Below, piece after piece: positions 33,958 through 43,696 of a stretch of DNA of 61,544 bases (positions within the stretch are counted from its first letter, which is position 1; each line of letters starts with the position of its first letter). The position numbers and the translations under genes were made by a program. Source of the stretch: a virus (taxonomy: Duplodnaviria; Caudoviricetes). The notes below the pieces were generated by a model. That model had not been told where the DNA came from, made no database searches, and saw only the letters and a program-made list of their open reading frames with translations. The stretch covers positions 1 to 61,544 of the IMG/VR virus record IMGVR_UViG_3300044998_000395, one strand, 5' to 3'.

Positions 33958-36549
33958 TTAGCTCCTCTCCGTAGCCCTACGGTTACGGCGGATGATGTTG
34001 AGGACGACGCGCTCGCCGTCAGCTGAGTTGAGCGCGCCGAGGACTTCCTTCGGGTCGAGCACGTTGATCACGCTGACGTTTCCACCTATCGTCGCGCCGT
34101 TCGGCACGATGGTCCCGGGCCCGTCTGGCACGAAGAGCTCAGGGCCCTTCTCACCGACGACGCTGGGTCGACCGACGGGCGGGCGGCCGCCTTCAGCGAA
34201 CCCAAGCAGTCCTCTGAACAGCCCGAAGAGACCGCCGCCTCCGCCGCCGATGCCCGGCCCGCCGGAGAAGATCGCGTCGAAGATGCCGTCAGTCAGCTTG
34301 TCGAGTGCCTTGTTCCCGATGCTATCGAAGAACGATAGCAGCGCCTCCTCCGCCGTCTTCGCCCCGGTCGCGAACTCCTTGAAGGCGTCCTTCGCGGAGC
34401 TGCCGATGTCATCGAAGAACTCAGCCAGCTCGCGCTTCTGCTGCAGCTCGTCGAGCCGCTGGATGAACTGCACCATGATCGGGTCGTTGTCCTCGAGACG
34501 ACGACCGAAGGCTTGCTCGGCCTGCTCCTGCAGAGTAGCGATCGCGATAGCTCGCTCGCGGGCCTCGTTGCTTAGGCCGACGAGCTGGATCTCGCGCTCG
34601 ATGTCATCGAGGATCCGCAGCCGAGTGCTGACGACTGGGTCCTCGCGTGCATCGTCAAACGGGTCGTTTACGTCGCCGCCGGGGCCCTGCGGAACTCCGG
34701 CCGCACCACGCTGACGCCGCGCTTCACGGGCTGCGTCACGCTGGGCACGAGCCGCGCGACGTGAATCAACATTTACACCAACCCGACGAGCAAACTCGAA
34801 GTCACCCTCGAGCACGGCGTCCACGCCTTCCTTGAACTGGAAGGCGAAGTCCTTGCCAAGGTTGAGTCCTTGACCAACGACGTCCTCGTCGAAGTTCTTC
34901 TTGAACCGCCCGCCCACGTCGCGGAAGGCAGCCTCGATCTGGCGGTTGAACAGCGTTGCCGAGTTGGCGGCGATAGTCTTGGCCTGCTCGACGTTACCGG
35001 CCAGCAGCTGGTCGAGCGCATCAAGTGAAAACTGTACCTGGTCGTAGATTGCGTTAAGAACCTTGCCAGCGACCTGACCGATGGTACGGAAGAACGCGAT
35101 GATGCCGTTCGCGTAGTCCTTCCACAGCTGGAAGATCCCGCCAAAGACCTCGTTAGTGCTCGTGCCCAGGTCGTTGAACGTCTGCTCGATGAACTCGTAC
35201 GCATCGCCGAAGAACCCGATCACGAACTGGAGCCCGTCACGCACGCCGTTGACGAGTGACTCGATCAGGTCGCCGATGACGTCGATCGTTTCCCCGAACC
35301 CGATGGCCAGTTCCTCGAAGACAGCAAGCGTGTAGTCGACCGCGTCGTTCACGCCCTCAGCTTCGACAGTCACGCCAGCCAGCGCTCGCACGACGTCCGT
35401 GGTCAGGTCAACGAGGTCACGCAGCGCTCCGCCGAAGCCGTCCTCTCCAGCGACAATGAACAGCTCTTGGACCGAAGCCTTGAGTTCCTTGAACGACCCG
35501 CTCAGCGAGTTAGTGACAGTGTCACCGAAGGCCTTGGCCGTGCCGTTCGAGTTACGCAGCTGCGTGTCGAAGTCCTTGGCAGCCTTCGTATTCTCAACGA
35601 GGGCTAGGGCACCGGCCGCGACCTCACGACCGAAGATGATGCCAGCGGACCGAGCGTCGAGGTTGGCTGACGCGAGTCGCTCGAGTGCAGCCTGCAGTCC
35701 GACGCTGCGAACGTCGATCTCGTTGAAGTTGATGCCGAGCTTCTGGAGCTCCTTGCTCGCCTCGGCCGTCGGCCTGATGAGTGTCGAGATGACGCCACGC
35801 AGGGCAGTACCGCCGCGTGCGCCGTTCTGTGCATTGTTCGCGAGGACGGACAGGAACGACGCCGTGCTCTCGATGTCGAGCCCGACGGCGTTGGCCGTCG
35901 AGCCAACGAACGAGAAGGCGAGAGCGAGGTCGCGCACGTCCGTCGTAGACGCGTTCGCCGCGGCGGTGAGGACGTCAGCCACACGGGCCGACTGCTCAGC
36001 GCCGATCTGGAACTGTGCAAGCGATCGTACGACGATCTCGGAGGCTTCGGCCAGCTCAAGCTGACCTGCGGTCGCGAGCGCGAGCACCGACGGCAGCGAA
36101 GCCGCCTGCTGCTCGACCGTGAGACCGGCCTTCGCGAGTTCAACGAGGCCGCTGGCTGCCTGCGACGCAGAGAACTGCGTCGAGGTGCCGATGTCCCTTG
36201 CGATCGTCTCGAGTTCCTTCAGCTGGTCGCCAGTGGCACCGCTGACGGCAGCGAGGTTGGCGAGCTGCTGCTCGAACTCAGCGAACGTCGTGACCGCTTC
36301 CTTCACGAGGGCGACGCCGCTGAAGGCCGCGAACACGGCACCCAACGGCCCGACCAGCGCGGTCGCGGCGACGCGAAGACCACCCAGGCCGGTTCCCAGC
36401 CTGAGTGATGCACCTTGGAACCGGCCGAACTCGTTGCGACCCTGTGAGGCGGCTTGCCGCACACTGGCGATCGAGCGCTCAGCGGCTGCCGCGCCGCGGA
36501 CTGCCCCTGAAGGGTCGATGTCCACTTGTAGGCGAGCCACGTCGGCCAT
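33958..36549 (-). CDS. Tail tape measure protein (TP901-type core)
   Basis: TQFSASQAASGLVELAKAG, VADVLTAAANAS, GTALRG and C-terminal FAEGG...VVGEKGPELFVP. Confidence 0.95.
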   Translation of the reverse strand: MADVARLQVDIDPSGAVRGAAAAERSIASVRQAASQGRNEFGRFQGASLRLGTGLGGLRVAATALVGPLGAVFAAFSGVALVKEAVTTFAEFEQQLANLAAVSGATGDQLKELETIARDIGTSTQFSASQAASGLVELAKAGLTVEQQAASLPSVLALATAGQLELAEASEIVVRSLAQFQIGAEQSARVADVLTAAANASTTDVRDLALAFSFVGSTANAVGLDIESTASFLSVLANNAQNGARGGTALRGVISTLIRPTAEASKELQKLGINFNEIDVRSVGLQAALERLASANLDARSAGIIFGREVAAGALALVENTKAAKDFDTQLRNSNGTAKAFGDTVTNSLSGSFKELKASVQELFIVAGEDGFGGALRDLVDLTTDVVRALAGVTVEAEGVNDAVDYTLAVFEELAIGFGETIDVIGDLIESLVNGVRDGLQFVIGFFGDAYEFIEQTFNDLGTSTNEVFGGIFQLWKDYANGIIAFFRTIGQVAGKVLNAIYDQVQFSLDALDQLLAGNVEQAKTIAANSATLFNRQIEAAFRDVGGRFKKNFDEDVVGQGLNLGKDFAFQFKEGVDAVLEGDFEFARRVGVNVDSRRAARAQRDAAREARRQRGAAGVPQGPGGDVNDPFDDAREDPVVSTRLRILDDIEREIQLVGLSNEARERAIAIATLQEQAEQAFGRRLEDNDPIMVQFIQRLDELQQKRELAEFFDDIGSSAKDAFKEFATGAKTAEEALLSFFDSIGNKALDKLTDGIFDAIFSGGPGIGGGGGGLFGLFRGLLGFAEGGRPPVGRPSVVGEKGPELFVPDGPGTIVPNGATIGGNVSVINVLDPKEVLGALNSADGERVVLNIIRRNRRATERS

Positions 36550-36862
36550 GAGCCGGTTCCTCCTTCTTCGGTTCTTCCTCAGACTTGTGACTGAGGAAAG
36601 CCGAGTCCATGGCGCGGATGAGCGTGAACCACTCGAGCCGCTCCTCTACGTCTGTCATGCAGTAGAGATCGAGGATAGCCACGATCTCGGTCGCCGGGAT
36701 GGCGCCCGCCGACCAGCCGACCGGTCGCGCGTTGCTCAGCAAGGTGAACGCGTCCCAGACCGGCATCAGCTCGTCATCGAGCCGCGGTAGGTCACGCAGC
36801 GGCGTCCGCTGGCCCCTCTTCTCGAGGAGCTCAAAGTACTCAACGTGCTTGCCCCACGTCAA
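36479..36862 (-). CDS. Tail assembly chaperone, gpT-like (-1 frameshift extension)
   Basis: Open in the -1 frame from the slippery site. VWDAFTLLSNAR...IRAMDSAFL. Confidence 0.7.
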   Translation of the reverse strand: MTWGKHVEYFELLEKRGQRTPLRDLPRLDDELMPVWDAFTLLSNARPVGWSAGAIPATEIVAILDLYCMTDVEERLEWFTLIRAMDSAFLSHKSEEEPKKEEPAHGRRGSPTSGHRPFRGSPRRGSR

Positions 36863-37284
36863 GTACCATCGGAGCCGCTTTGTGAGTTTCCCTGCGCCTC
36901 GAGCATCCTCTTCGTGCGGAAGAGGTCAACTCGGCGGGCCTGACCTTGCACGATGCGGAAGAAGTCAGGGTACGTCTTGAGCAGGCGCTTTGCCGTCTCG
37001 GGCGAGTACTCGAGGGTCTTACCGTCCTCCTCAAGTCCCTCCCACCCGAGCAGCACGCAGCGCGAGTACACGTCGGCGGCGGCCTCCGCCATGTCTTCCG
37101 CGCTCGCGTCGCCGAGTCCAGAGGCGCCGATCTTGGCCTTGACGGCGCGGCGCATCTCCTCGTTGTACTTGACGTTGCCCTCCCGGGCCACGAGCAGCTT
37201 GAGCCCGTCGCCCAGGTCCTCCGTCCACGTACCAGTGAGTTCCTTGCTCGCGTCGGTCGCGAGCTTCTCGATCTTGAAGCCCAT
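36859..37284 (-). CDS. Tail assembly chaperone, gpG-like
   Basis: Between tail tube and tape measure genes. VLLGWEGL...LEYSPETAKRLL. Confidence 0.8.
   Translation of the reverse strand: MGFKIEKLATDASKELTGTWTEDLGDGLKLLVAREGNVKYNEEMRRAVKAKIGASGLGDASAEDMAEAAADVYSRCVLLGWEGLEEDGKTLEYSPETAKRLLKTYPDFFRIVQGQARRVDLFRTKRMLEAQGNSQSGSDGT
36886..36892 (-). other. Programmed -1 ribosomal frameshift slippery heptamer G GGA AAC
   Basis: In-frame X XXY YYZ near the end of the gpG-like ORF. The -1 frame reads KLTKRLRWYLTWGKHVE into the next ORF, as for lambda G/GT. Confidence 0.8.
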
Positions 37285-37293
37285 GCTGTCTCC

Positions 37294-38505
37294 TTACGGA
37301 CCAGGGATGCGCACGACGCGGATCGTGTGACCGATGGTCGGGTTGCGGAAGGCTGTCCACGACAGGTCCGCGACCACGTCGGTGTTGATGCCGCCAGCCA
37401 CGCGGCGGGCGTTGGTGTACTTGATCGCCGGGATGTCGAGGATGTAGCGGTTGTTGCTCGAATCCCGGAAGCGGTTGATGAGGAAGGACGTCGTGAAGTT
37501 CAGGTACTGGTCGATGATCGCGTGCGACTCGAACAGCGCCTGCACGGTGCCGGTGAGGCCGATCGAGCCGGAACCGATCGACGCGGCGCCCAGGCGGCCG
37601 ATGCAGCCGCGGGCTCGCAGGTTGTTCGCGAGGTCCATCGTGAAGTTCTGGAAGCAGAGGTTCGCGGACCCGGTTGACGCGTCCTTGATCTGGGCGATGT
37701 TGTCGATCGAGTTCTGCACCGGGTTGCTCGGCGCGGCGACGATGCTGCCCGTCGAGCTCGACGAAGTCTTCGACTCGGCCTTGCTGCCGATGAACCCGAA
37801 GCCGGTGTTCACGATCGAGTTGAGCGCGATGGTGAGGTTCCACGTGTCGACCGACATGCCCGAGTAGAGCTCGAAGATGTTCGACAGATCGAGGAAGCCC
37901 TTCTCGATGTTGTACGACCGCAGCGTCGTGCCGTTCGTGACCTGGGACTCGAGCTGGACGGTGAGGGTCGCGCCCGAGGCCTCGTCCACGATCGACGTGA
38001 GGCCGTGCTCCAGCACGAGCCGGTTGTTATCCAGCGTGCCCGGGTTCGAGCTCTGGATCGCCGAGATGCGGAACGTGCCACGGTTAGCCGCGACGTTCGT
38101 ACCGCTGACATGGATGATGGTGACCCACGCACCAACGGTGAGGGACGCGAATGCTTCGTCCGTCGCCGATGTGACGGTCTGGCCAGCAGCTGCGAAGGTC
38201 AGGTTCGTGACCGACGTCACGATGCTGCTCGCGGTCGTCCAGTCAGCCGAGAGCAGCGCGGCCTGGATGAACTCGTCGTAGGTGCCGTAGGACAGCTCAC
38301 CGCTGACGTCGCCCGAGGCAGACAGGTTCGTGCGGATGACGTCCGACACCTGCCGGTCAGAGCGGATCTCCTGCGACGTCGTCGTCTCGGTGTCCTGGCC
38401 GAGCGTGTCACTGACAAAGCGCAGCGCCTGGAACGCCACAGAAGGGGTTAGGCCGTACGAGACTTCCTTCCCGTACGACAGGAGGACACGATTCGCGTCA
38501 GACAT
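37294..38505 (-). CDS. Major tail tube protein
   Basis: MSDANRV..SY.KE..YG.TP...SQEIRSDRQ and position. Confidence 0.85.
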   Translation of the reverse strand: MSDANRVLLSYGKEVSYGLTPSVAFQALRFVSDTLGQDTETTTSQEIRSDRQVSDVIRTNLSASGDVSGELSYGTYDEFIQAALLSADWTTASSIVTSVTNLTFAAAGQTVTSATDEAFASLTVGAWVTIIHVSGTNVAANRGTFRISAIQSSNPGTLDNNRLVLEHGLTSIVDEASGATLTVQLESQVTNGTTLRSYNIEKGFLDLSNIFELYSGMSVDTWNLTIALNSIVNTGFGFIGSKAESKTSSSSTGSIVAAPSNPVQNSIDNIAQIKDASTGSANLCFQNFTMDLANNLRARGCIGRLGAASIGSGSIGLTGTVQALFESHAIIDQYLNFTTSFLINRFRDSSNNRYILDIPAIKYTNARRVAGGINTDVVADLSWTAFRNPTIGHTIRVVRIPGP

Positions 38506-38507
38506 GA

Positions 38508-38924
38508 TCAGTCTCCCGTGTTCACGATCTCGTCGTACTGGAAGGGGCACGTCACGTTGACTTGCCACCACGCTTGTGTTACACCGACGGTCGTGATCGT
38601 CGGTTCTGAATACACAATGCCATCAGCGGTCACCATGCGGAACGCCGACTTGATGCGGTCGGCGAGCTTTATGGCGCTCGCGTCTCCCTTGCCGATCGGG
38701 CTGAACACCTGGAAGATGATCGAGCCCGTCGTCCTCGAGCGGGGCTTCCCAGGACAGATGTCGACCTGCACGGAGGCTGCTGGGCGGATGTTCATCCGCA
38801 CCCAGTCTTCGTTGTCCGGCTTCTCGAAGTCTGACTGGTTGTCGTACTGCGTCGGCACGTCCTCAAGGTCGACGACCTTTGCCTTGTAGCGAGCGCGCAT
38901 GAGCTTGTTCATGTCTTGGTTCAC
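38508..38924 (-). CDS. Tail terminator protein
   Basis: G.IIFQVFSP.GKG...LAD and WWQVNVTCPF. Confidence 0.75.
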   Translation of the reverse strand: MNQDMNKLMRARYKAKVVDLEDVPTQYDNQSDFEKPDNEDWVRMNIRPAASVQVDICPGKPRSRTTGSIIFQVFSPIGKGDASAIKLADRIKSAFRMVTADGIVYSEPTITTVGVTQAWWQVNVTCPFQYDEIVNTGD

Positions 38925-39319
38925 GTGAACTGGCTCCGCACTTCATCGAGGGTGATCGCCACCATGCCCTGCGGCGCTTGGTCGGACGAGCCGTTCTCAA
39001 GGTAGATGATGTAGGTGACGTTGTTGCTGATCGCTACTCGTTCACCGAACTTCAACGCGCCAAGCTTCCTTGCCGCGTCAGCAAAGATCGCAGACCCGTC
39101 CTTGTCAAGACGGTCAGGCGCCCCACTGACTGCGCCTACATCGAGCTGCCAACCGCCACGGGCACGGCCTGTATCTACCGGCGTCTTCAAGACGACGCCC
39201 GTGAGTACCTGAAACGCGACCTTCTTCTGCAATAGCACGACTCGTTCCGGCACGACCTTCTTCGCGAAGCGCTCAAGCGCCGCGTTGAACTGGGCCGTGG
39301 ATCGTGCAAGTCTGCTCAT
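38921..39319 (-). CDS. HK97 gp10-like neck/tail completion protein
   Basis: TPVDTGRARGGW, NNVTYIIYLENGSSDQAPQGMV. Confidence 0.85.
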   Translation of the reverse strand: MSRLARSTAQFNAALERFAKKVVPERVVLLQKKVAFQVLTGVVLKTPVDTGRARGGWQLDVGAVSGAPDRLDKDGSAIFADAARKLGALKFGERVAISNNVTYIIYLENGSSDQAPQGMVAITLDEVRSQFT

Positions 39320-39681
39320 GCGGTGAGGAAGATTCGGTACGCCGCGGTCTGCACGCCGCTGATGAGCGGGTCGACACGGACGGCGGACCAGTTGCGGCCA
39401 GATACTGTCACGCGCATCCCGCGCTTCGGCGTGAAGGTCACGTTCCCTTTGATGAAGCAGTAGGAAACGTCAGCGAGCTTTACGTCGCCGTCGAAGAAGT
39501 CTTTCTTATACCGCTGAGGAGGCGTGATGACGACGTCGACCTCGGACGGCGCCAGCTCGCAGGCCTCGCCCTCTGTAACGTCGAAGCCGGTGTCCGCCGG
39601 CACGGTGACCTTACCCGCGGTTCCGAACTCATCGATGAGCTCGATCGCGAGGTCCGGTGCAAATGCATCAGCCTCGTTCAA
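39316..39681 (-). CDS. Head closure / head-tail joining protein
   Basis: Size and position. LIDEFG N-terminus. Confidence 0.65.
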   Translation of the reverse strand: MNEADAFAPDLAIELIDEFGTAGKVTVPADTGFDVTEGEACELAPSEVDVVITPPQRYKKDFFDGDVKLADVSYCFIKGNVTFTPKRGMRVTVSGRNWSAVRVDPLISGVQTAAYRIFLTA

Positions 39682-40186
39682 CGGCGTCTCCTGAGGCGAT
39701 GAGGTCCGCGAGCAGGCGGTCGATCTTCGTGTATCGCACCGCGGTTGGCTTGCTGCCCGCGTACTCGACTTCCTTCTCGAGCACGTCCAGCTTCTTGCGC
39801 TCGCGGACGATCCCGCGCTCGACGCCGACGTCTGGCTGCAGGTCCTCAGTGCTGGCCCGTAGCGAAGCCTCAGCGTGGGCCTTGAGCAAGTTAGGCGGGA
39901 GCACGTTCGCGTCGAGACAGAACCCGTCGAAGTCCGTCACGCCTGCGCGCGGCCAAGCAAGGCCCTGGGTCTCGTGCAAGCGCTGCCCCTTCCATCGGTT
40001 GCGATACCTGTCGTCAATGAAGGCCGCGCCCTGTCGGACCGCGACCTCCTGTGCGCTGAGTGCCAACGCGTTGAAGGCCGTGAACCCTTCCGGGTCGAAC
40101 TTCTGGAGATAGGCGAGTACATCCGCGACCGACTGGTAAGAGTCGGCTCCGGGTACGCCAGCACCAGTTTCGATGGTTAGGGCCAC
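39668..40186 (-). CDS. Head-tail adaptor (DnaT-like annotated family)
   Basis: ETGAGVPGADSYQSV and WKGQR....QGLAWPR. Confidence 0.8.
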   Translation of the reverse strand: MALTIETGAGVPGADSYQSVADVLAYLQKFDPEGFTAFNALALSAQEVAVRQGAAFIDDRYRNRWKGQRLHETQGLAWPRAGVTDFDGFCLDANVLPPNLLKAHAEASLRASTEDLQPDVGVERGIVRERKKLDVLEKEVEYAGSKPTAVRYTKIDRLLADLIASGDAVERG

Positions 40187-40214
40187 GTTGGTTTCCTTTG
40201 AGGTTTAGTGACCT

Positions 40215-40252
40215 CTAGATGCGTCAGCCTGTCGGACGGGTCGATATATCAG
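40215..40252. repeat. Element A core, partial third copy
   Basis: CTAGATGCGTCAGCCTGTCGGACGGGTCGATATATCAG versus CTGGATGCGTCGGTCTATCGGACGGGTCGATATACCAG at ~4938-4975. Confidence 0.75.
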
Positions 40253-40572
40253 CCGCGGTCTTCGGACCCGTCAGACCCGCCCGTATCGTCAGAGTTGTCG
40301 GCGTTCGTGTCCTTGGTTTCCTCCGACTCGCTCGAGTCATCGGTCTCGGGAAACTTGGCCTGCGCCGCCTCTTGGGCAGCCTTCGCCTCTTCGTCTGTCT
40401 TGCCGGACTCGAGCGCCTTTGCGTAGGCGAGTCGTCCAGCGATGACCGCGGGATCCTCGGCCTCCTTGACGAGGCCGTCAGTGCGAGCGTAGCCCAGCTC
40501 CGTGTACTCATCGACCTCGCTCGGCGCGACCATGACTTCTCGGCCGCACTCGCTCTTCATCGAAATCAGCAT
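40249..40572 (-). CDS. Hypothetical acidic protein downstream of capsid gene
   Basis: AAAGGAG RBS before MLISMKSECG. The longer 40833 start overlaps the capsid gene. Confidence 0.7.
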   Translation of the reverse strand: MLISMKSECGREVMVAPSEVDEYTELGYARTDGLVKEAEDPAVIAGRLAYAKALESGKTDEEAKAAQEAAQAKFPETDDSSESEETKDTNADNSDDTGGSDGSEDRG

Positions 40573-40593
40573 CGTGTCTCCTTTCTGTAAGAG

Positions 40594-40624
40594 GAATAAA
40601 CGGAGCCCGCTTTCGCAGGCCCCG
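40594..40624 (-). terminator. Rho-independent terminator after major capsid gene
   Basis: CGGGGCCTGC-GAAA-GCGGGCTCCG followed by TTTATT. Confidence 0.75.
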
Positions 40625-40631
40625 GTCTGGG

Positions 40632-41786
40632 TTAGATATTGACGCGCACGGCCATGTTCGGGTCGAGCACCTTTGTGCCGAACAGGACGTCGAGCGCGAC
40701 GTTCACCTTGCTGTTGTCGCCGTCGTAGTAGATGCGCGAGCGGAGCGACAGGCCGGTGATCGGGTCCTGGATCGACGCGATCTCGGCGCCGCGGCCGTTG
40801 CCCATCTCGGACAGCGGGGCGGTGACGAGGCACAGCGCGTTGCGGTGGAAGGCGAGGCCCTGCTTGCCGGTGTTGCGGATGAAGGTGATCGCCTCGTTGT
40901 CAACCACAGCAGCCTTGAGCGGCGGGCTGATGGCGATGCTGCCGGCGTTGGCGGTGAAGGTGGGGTCCGCGGTGAGGACGTAGGCCTGGGCGTGACCGGA
41001 GAACTTGAGCGAGTCGCCCTTCTTGAGCGTGCCGGTGGTGATGGCCGCGGCGTCGATGTTGAGAGTGGAAGTGCCAGCCGCGTAGCCTGCGACGTTGTTC
41101 ACGGCCGGGGTCGTGATCGTGCCAGTGCCAGCGGTGTGGGTCGGCGTGTTCTGGTTCGCCCAGAGGTTGAACCCGAACTTGGTGCCGAGGTTGCCGTTGA
41201 ACTGGGTCGTGACGCCGCGGTCAGCCGCGCCCTGCTGCTGCGAGAAGGCCGACAGCTGGAGGAACGCGTTCTCGAGCGACCCGTCCATCATGTAGTGCAT
41301 CATGTTAGGGTCGTTGAGCGGCACCTTGTTGTCGAAGAGGATCTGGCGCGGCGTGGTGATGTCGACGACGCCCGGCGTGGTGCCCACGTCGTACTGCCAC
41401 GGGATGTCGATGTAGTGCGCGGCCAGCGTCTGGTCGATGACGTCGGCGAGGGCCACGGCCGCCGGGCGGATGTGGTCCTGGATGATGCGCTCGCGCGTGA
41501 AGGCCAGCTCCTTGTCGGTCAGCGCGAACTTGACCTCCTTCCAGTAGGCCAGCGTGACGGGCACCGTATCGGTGTTGACGTCCTGGGCGCTCGACGGAGC
41601 GTTCTGCGCGACGAACGAGCTGGGCCGGCGAATGTTGATCGTCTCGCCACGACCGAAGGAGCGGCGCTCCTCGTCGTAGCCCATGTACACGCGGTTCGCC
41701 AGGCCCATCACGTTCTCGAGCTGGACGAGGGCCTCCTGCGCGTAGAAGATCGGATTGTAAACGCCAAGGGTATTCGGCATGATCAA
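40632..41786 (-). CDS. Major capsid protein (P22 coat-like family)
   Basis: GETINIRRP, IRPAAVALADVID, LAFHRNA..LVT.PL, LDVLFGTKVLDP. Confidence 0.9.
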   Translation of the reverse strand: MIMPNTLGVYNPIFYAQEALVQLENVMGLANRVYMGYDEERRSFGRGETINIRRPSSFVAQNAPSSAQDVNTDTVPVTLAYWKEVKFALTDKELAFTRERIIQDHIRPAAVALADVIDQTLAAHYIDIPWQYDVGTTPGVVDITTPRQILFDNKVPLNDPNMMHYMMDGSLENAFLQLSAFSQQQGAADRGVTTQFNGNLGTKFGFNLWANQNTPTHTAGTGTITTPAVNNVAGYAAGTSTLNIDAAAITTGTLKKGDSLKFSGHAQAYVLTADPTFTANAGSIAISPPLKAAVVDNEAITFIRNTGKQGLAFHRNALCLVTAPLSEMGNGRGAEIASIQDPITGLSLRSRIYYDGDNSKVNVALDVLFGTKVLDPNMAVRVNI

Positions 41787-42637
41787 GTCTCCATGATCAC
41801 GAGCTCAGCGCCGGCCTTCTTGGCCTGCTCCTGAGCAGCGCGATACGTTCGCACGTCCTTGGCTTGTTCACGCGTGAGCGTGATCTTGCCGCCGGACGCG
41901 TTGTTCCCATTGCCATTGCTGTTGCCGCCGGCGGCAGAACCGCCGCCGGAGGATCCGCTGCCGCGGAAGGCACCCGCGAACTCCGTCTTGGACTTGAGGA
42001 TCCCCACGTACTCGTCGATCGGCATGGGCTCGGTCGAGCTGCCGGGCTTGCGGCTCAGCAGCGGACGACCGTCATCGCCGATGACGTGCGTGACGAACTT
42101 CCCGTCCTCCTCGACCAGCTTCACGCGGGACGAGACGAGCGGCTCGAGCAACTCGGGGATACCCTGGCTGGAGGCGATAGCCGCGCGGACCACCGACTTG
42201 ACCTTCGCGTCCGTCAGTTCGGTCAGGAGCTTGGTCTCGCGCTCCTTGAACTGCGTACGCTCGGTCCCCAGGTTTGCCTCGATCTGCTTCCTCTGGTCCT
42301 CGAACTTCTGGGCCAGCTGCTTCTCCTTCTCCGCGAGCCGAGTCTTGGCGTCTTCCGGCAGCTCGCCGCTGTCGTACTTCGCCTTGAACTCCAGCGCGTC
42401 ACGCGCCGCGGCCACGTCGATGCCGTCATAGGCCTTGAGCTTCGCGCTCATGGTCTTGACGTTGTCGCGCTCCTTGGTCAGAGCGCCCTGCAGCTTGCCA
42501 ACGTCAGCGAGCTGGAGCCCGTTCACCGGGTCCACCTTGAGCTGATACGTCTCCGACCCCTCAACCGGCGCGTACTCCGACTGGAGCACGGGGTTGAGCG
42601 AGCCGAACTCTTCTTTCGTCACGATTGCCTTCGCCAT
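41783..42637 (-). CDS. Capsid scaffolding protein
   Basis: Coiled-coil with SGGGS tail, immediately upstream of the capsid gene. Confidence 0.8.
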   Translation of the reverse strand: MAKAIVTKEEFGSLNPVLQSEYAPVEGSETYQLKVDPVNGLQLADVGKLQGALTKERDNVKTMSAKLKAYDGIDVAAARDALEFKAKYDSGELPEDAKTRLAEKEKQLAQKFEDQRKQIEANLGTERTQFKERETKLLTELTDAKVKSVVRAAIASSQGIPELLEPLVSSRVKLVEEDGKFVTHVIGDDGRPLLSRKPGSSTEPMPIDEYVGILKSKTEFAGAFRGSGSSGGGSAAGGNSNGNGNNASGGKITLTREQAKDVRTYRAAQEQAKKAGAELVIMET

Positions 42638-42658
42638 TGCTATCCTTTCCGGGTCGCG

Positions 42659-43696
42659 TCACGCGGCCCTGGCTTCACGCCTCAGTTCTTCCAACGAGAG
42701 CGGGCGGAGGTTCTCATCCACCAGCTCGTCAACGGTGATCTTACCTTCTCGGAACAACTTCGCTCGTCCCGGGCCGAGTGCGGCGTCCTGCACAGATGCA
42801 GGCTGCTCCTCGAGCCAGTCTTGGTACGTCTGGTCCGCGGGGACCTGCCCATTCATGCTAGCACGCGTGGCGGGCGACAGGTCCCGGGCCTTGATGCCGA
42901 GCTCCTCCCAAGACTTGAGGATCGGCGTCGTTGTTGATCGACAGTTGAAGTGCGCCGGAGGGCGGGGGCCCTCGTCCACCTTGAACACCTTGCCGTCCAA
43001 CGACTTGCAGACGTTCGACGTGCGGGAGTCGAGGGTCGACACCCACTTCACGCCCTTTACTACGTCGTCGTTCTCGTCGTACGTCTCCTCGCGGGCCTGG
43101 GCAGACACGTGAGTGACTGCCGTGCGCGTGACTGACTCGGCCTGCGACTTCGTGATGACCAGCTGCCTGCGTACTGCTCGGCTCATCGTACCAATGTCGT
43201 CGCCGCGCACTAGCCCGATGTTCACTGCGCGGGCTACGCGGTCCTTTGCTGACGCTGACACGCCGTCCGTCCATTGCTTCAGCACCCTACCCTCGAATGG
43301 GTTGCTCGAGACGATGCTTCTCAGTAGGGCCGTGGACGGCGACCGGAACTGCAGGGCCAGCTCGGCGGGCACGGCCTGTGTCAATATACTAACCTGCCTT
43401 GCTGCCTCAGTCAAGGAAATATCACGGAGGTCAGAGGAAAGGACTTGGGCCCACTTCGTTGCTTCCAGTTGGGCCTCGAGCTCGGCTTGCATCGCCTGGA
43501 GCTGTTTCACTCGAAGCTTAGAGGTCTGCCTCCCGCTCTTCATACGGTCGAGACGGCTCGCGATGTCGTTCTCGATGTCCGGGATGGCGCGCTGGATCAG
43601 AGCTCCGATCTTGCGCGCCTCGCCCTTGCGAAGCCGGGCCACTTGGATCGCGTGGCGGAGCATCAAGTTGAGGAGCTTCTCATTTACGGATGTCAC
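42659..43696 (-). CDS. Minor head / head morphogenesis protein (SPP1 gp7, Mu gpF family)
   Basis: WVSTLDSRTS.VC.SLDG...PPAHFNCRS. Confidence 0.92.
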   Translation of the reverse strand: MTSVNEKLLNLMLRHAIQVARLRKGEARKIGALIQRAIPDIENDIASRLDRMKSGRQTSKLRVKQLQAMQAELEAQLEATKWAQVLSSDLRDISLTEAARQVSILTQAVPAELALQFRSPSTALLRSIVSSNPFEGRVLKQWTDGVSASAKDRVARAVNIGLVRGDDIGTMSRAVRRQLVITKSQAESVTRTAVTHVSAQAREETYDENDDVVKGVKWVSTLDSRTSNVCKSLDGKVFKVDEGPRPPAHFNCRSTTTPILKSWEELGIKARDLSPATRASMNGQVPADQTYQDWLEEQPASVQDAALGPGRAKLFREGKITVDELVDENLRPLSLEELRREARAA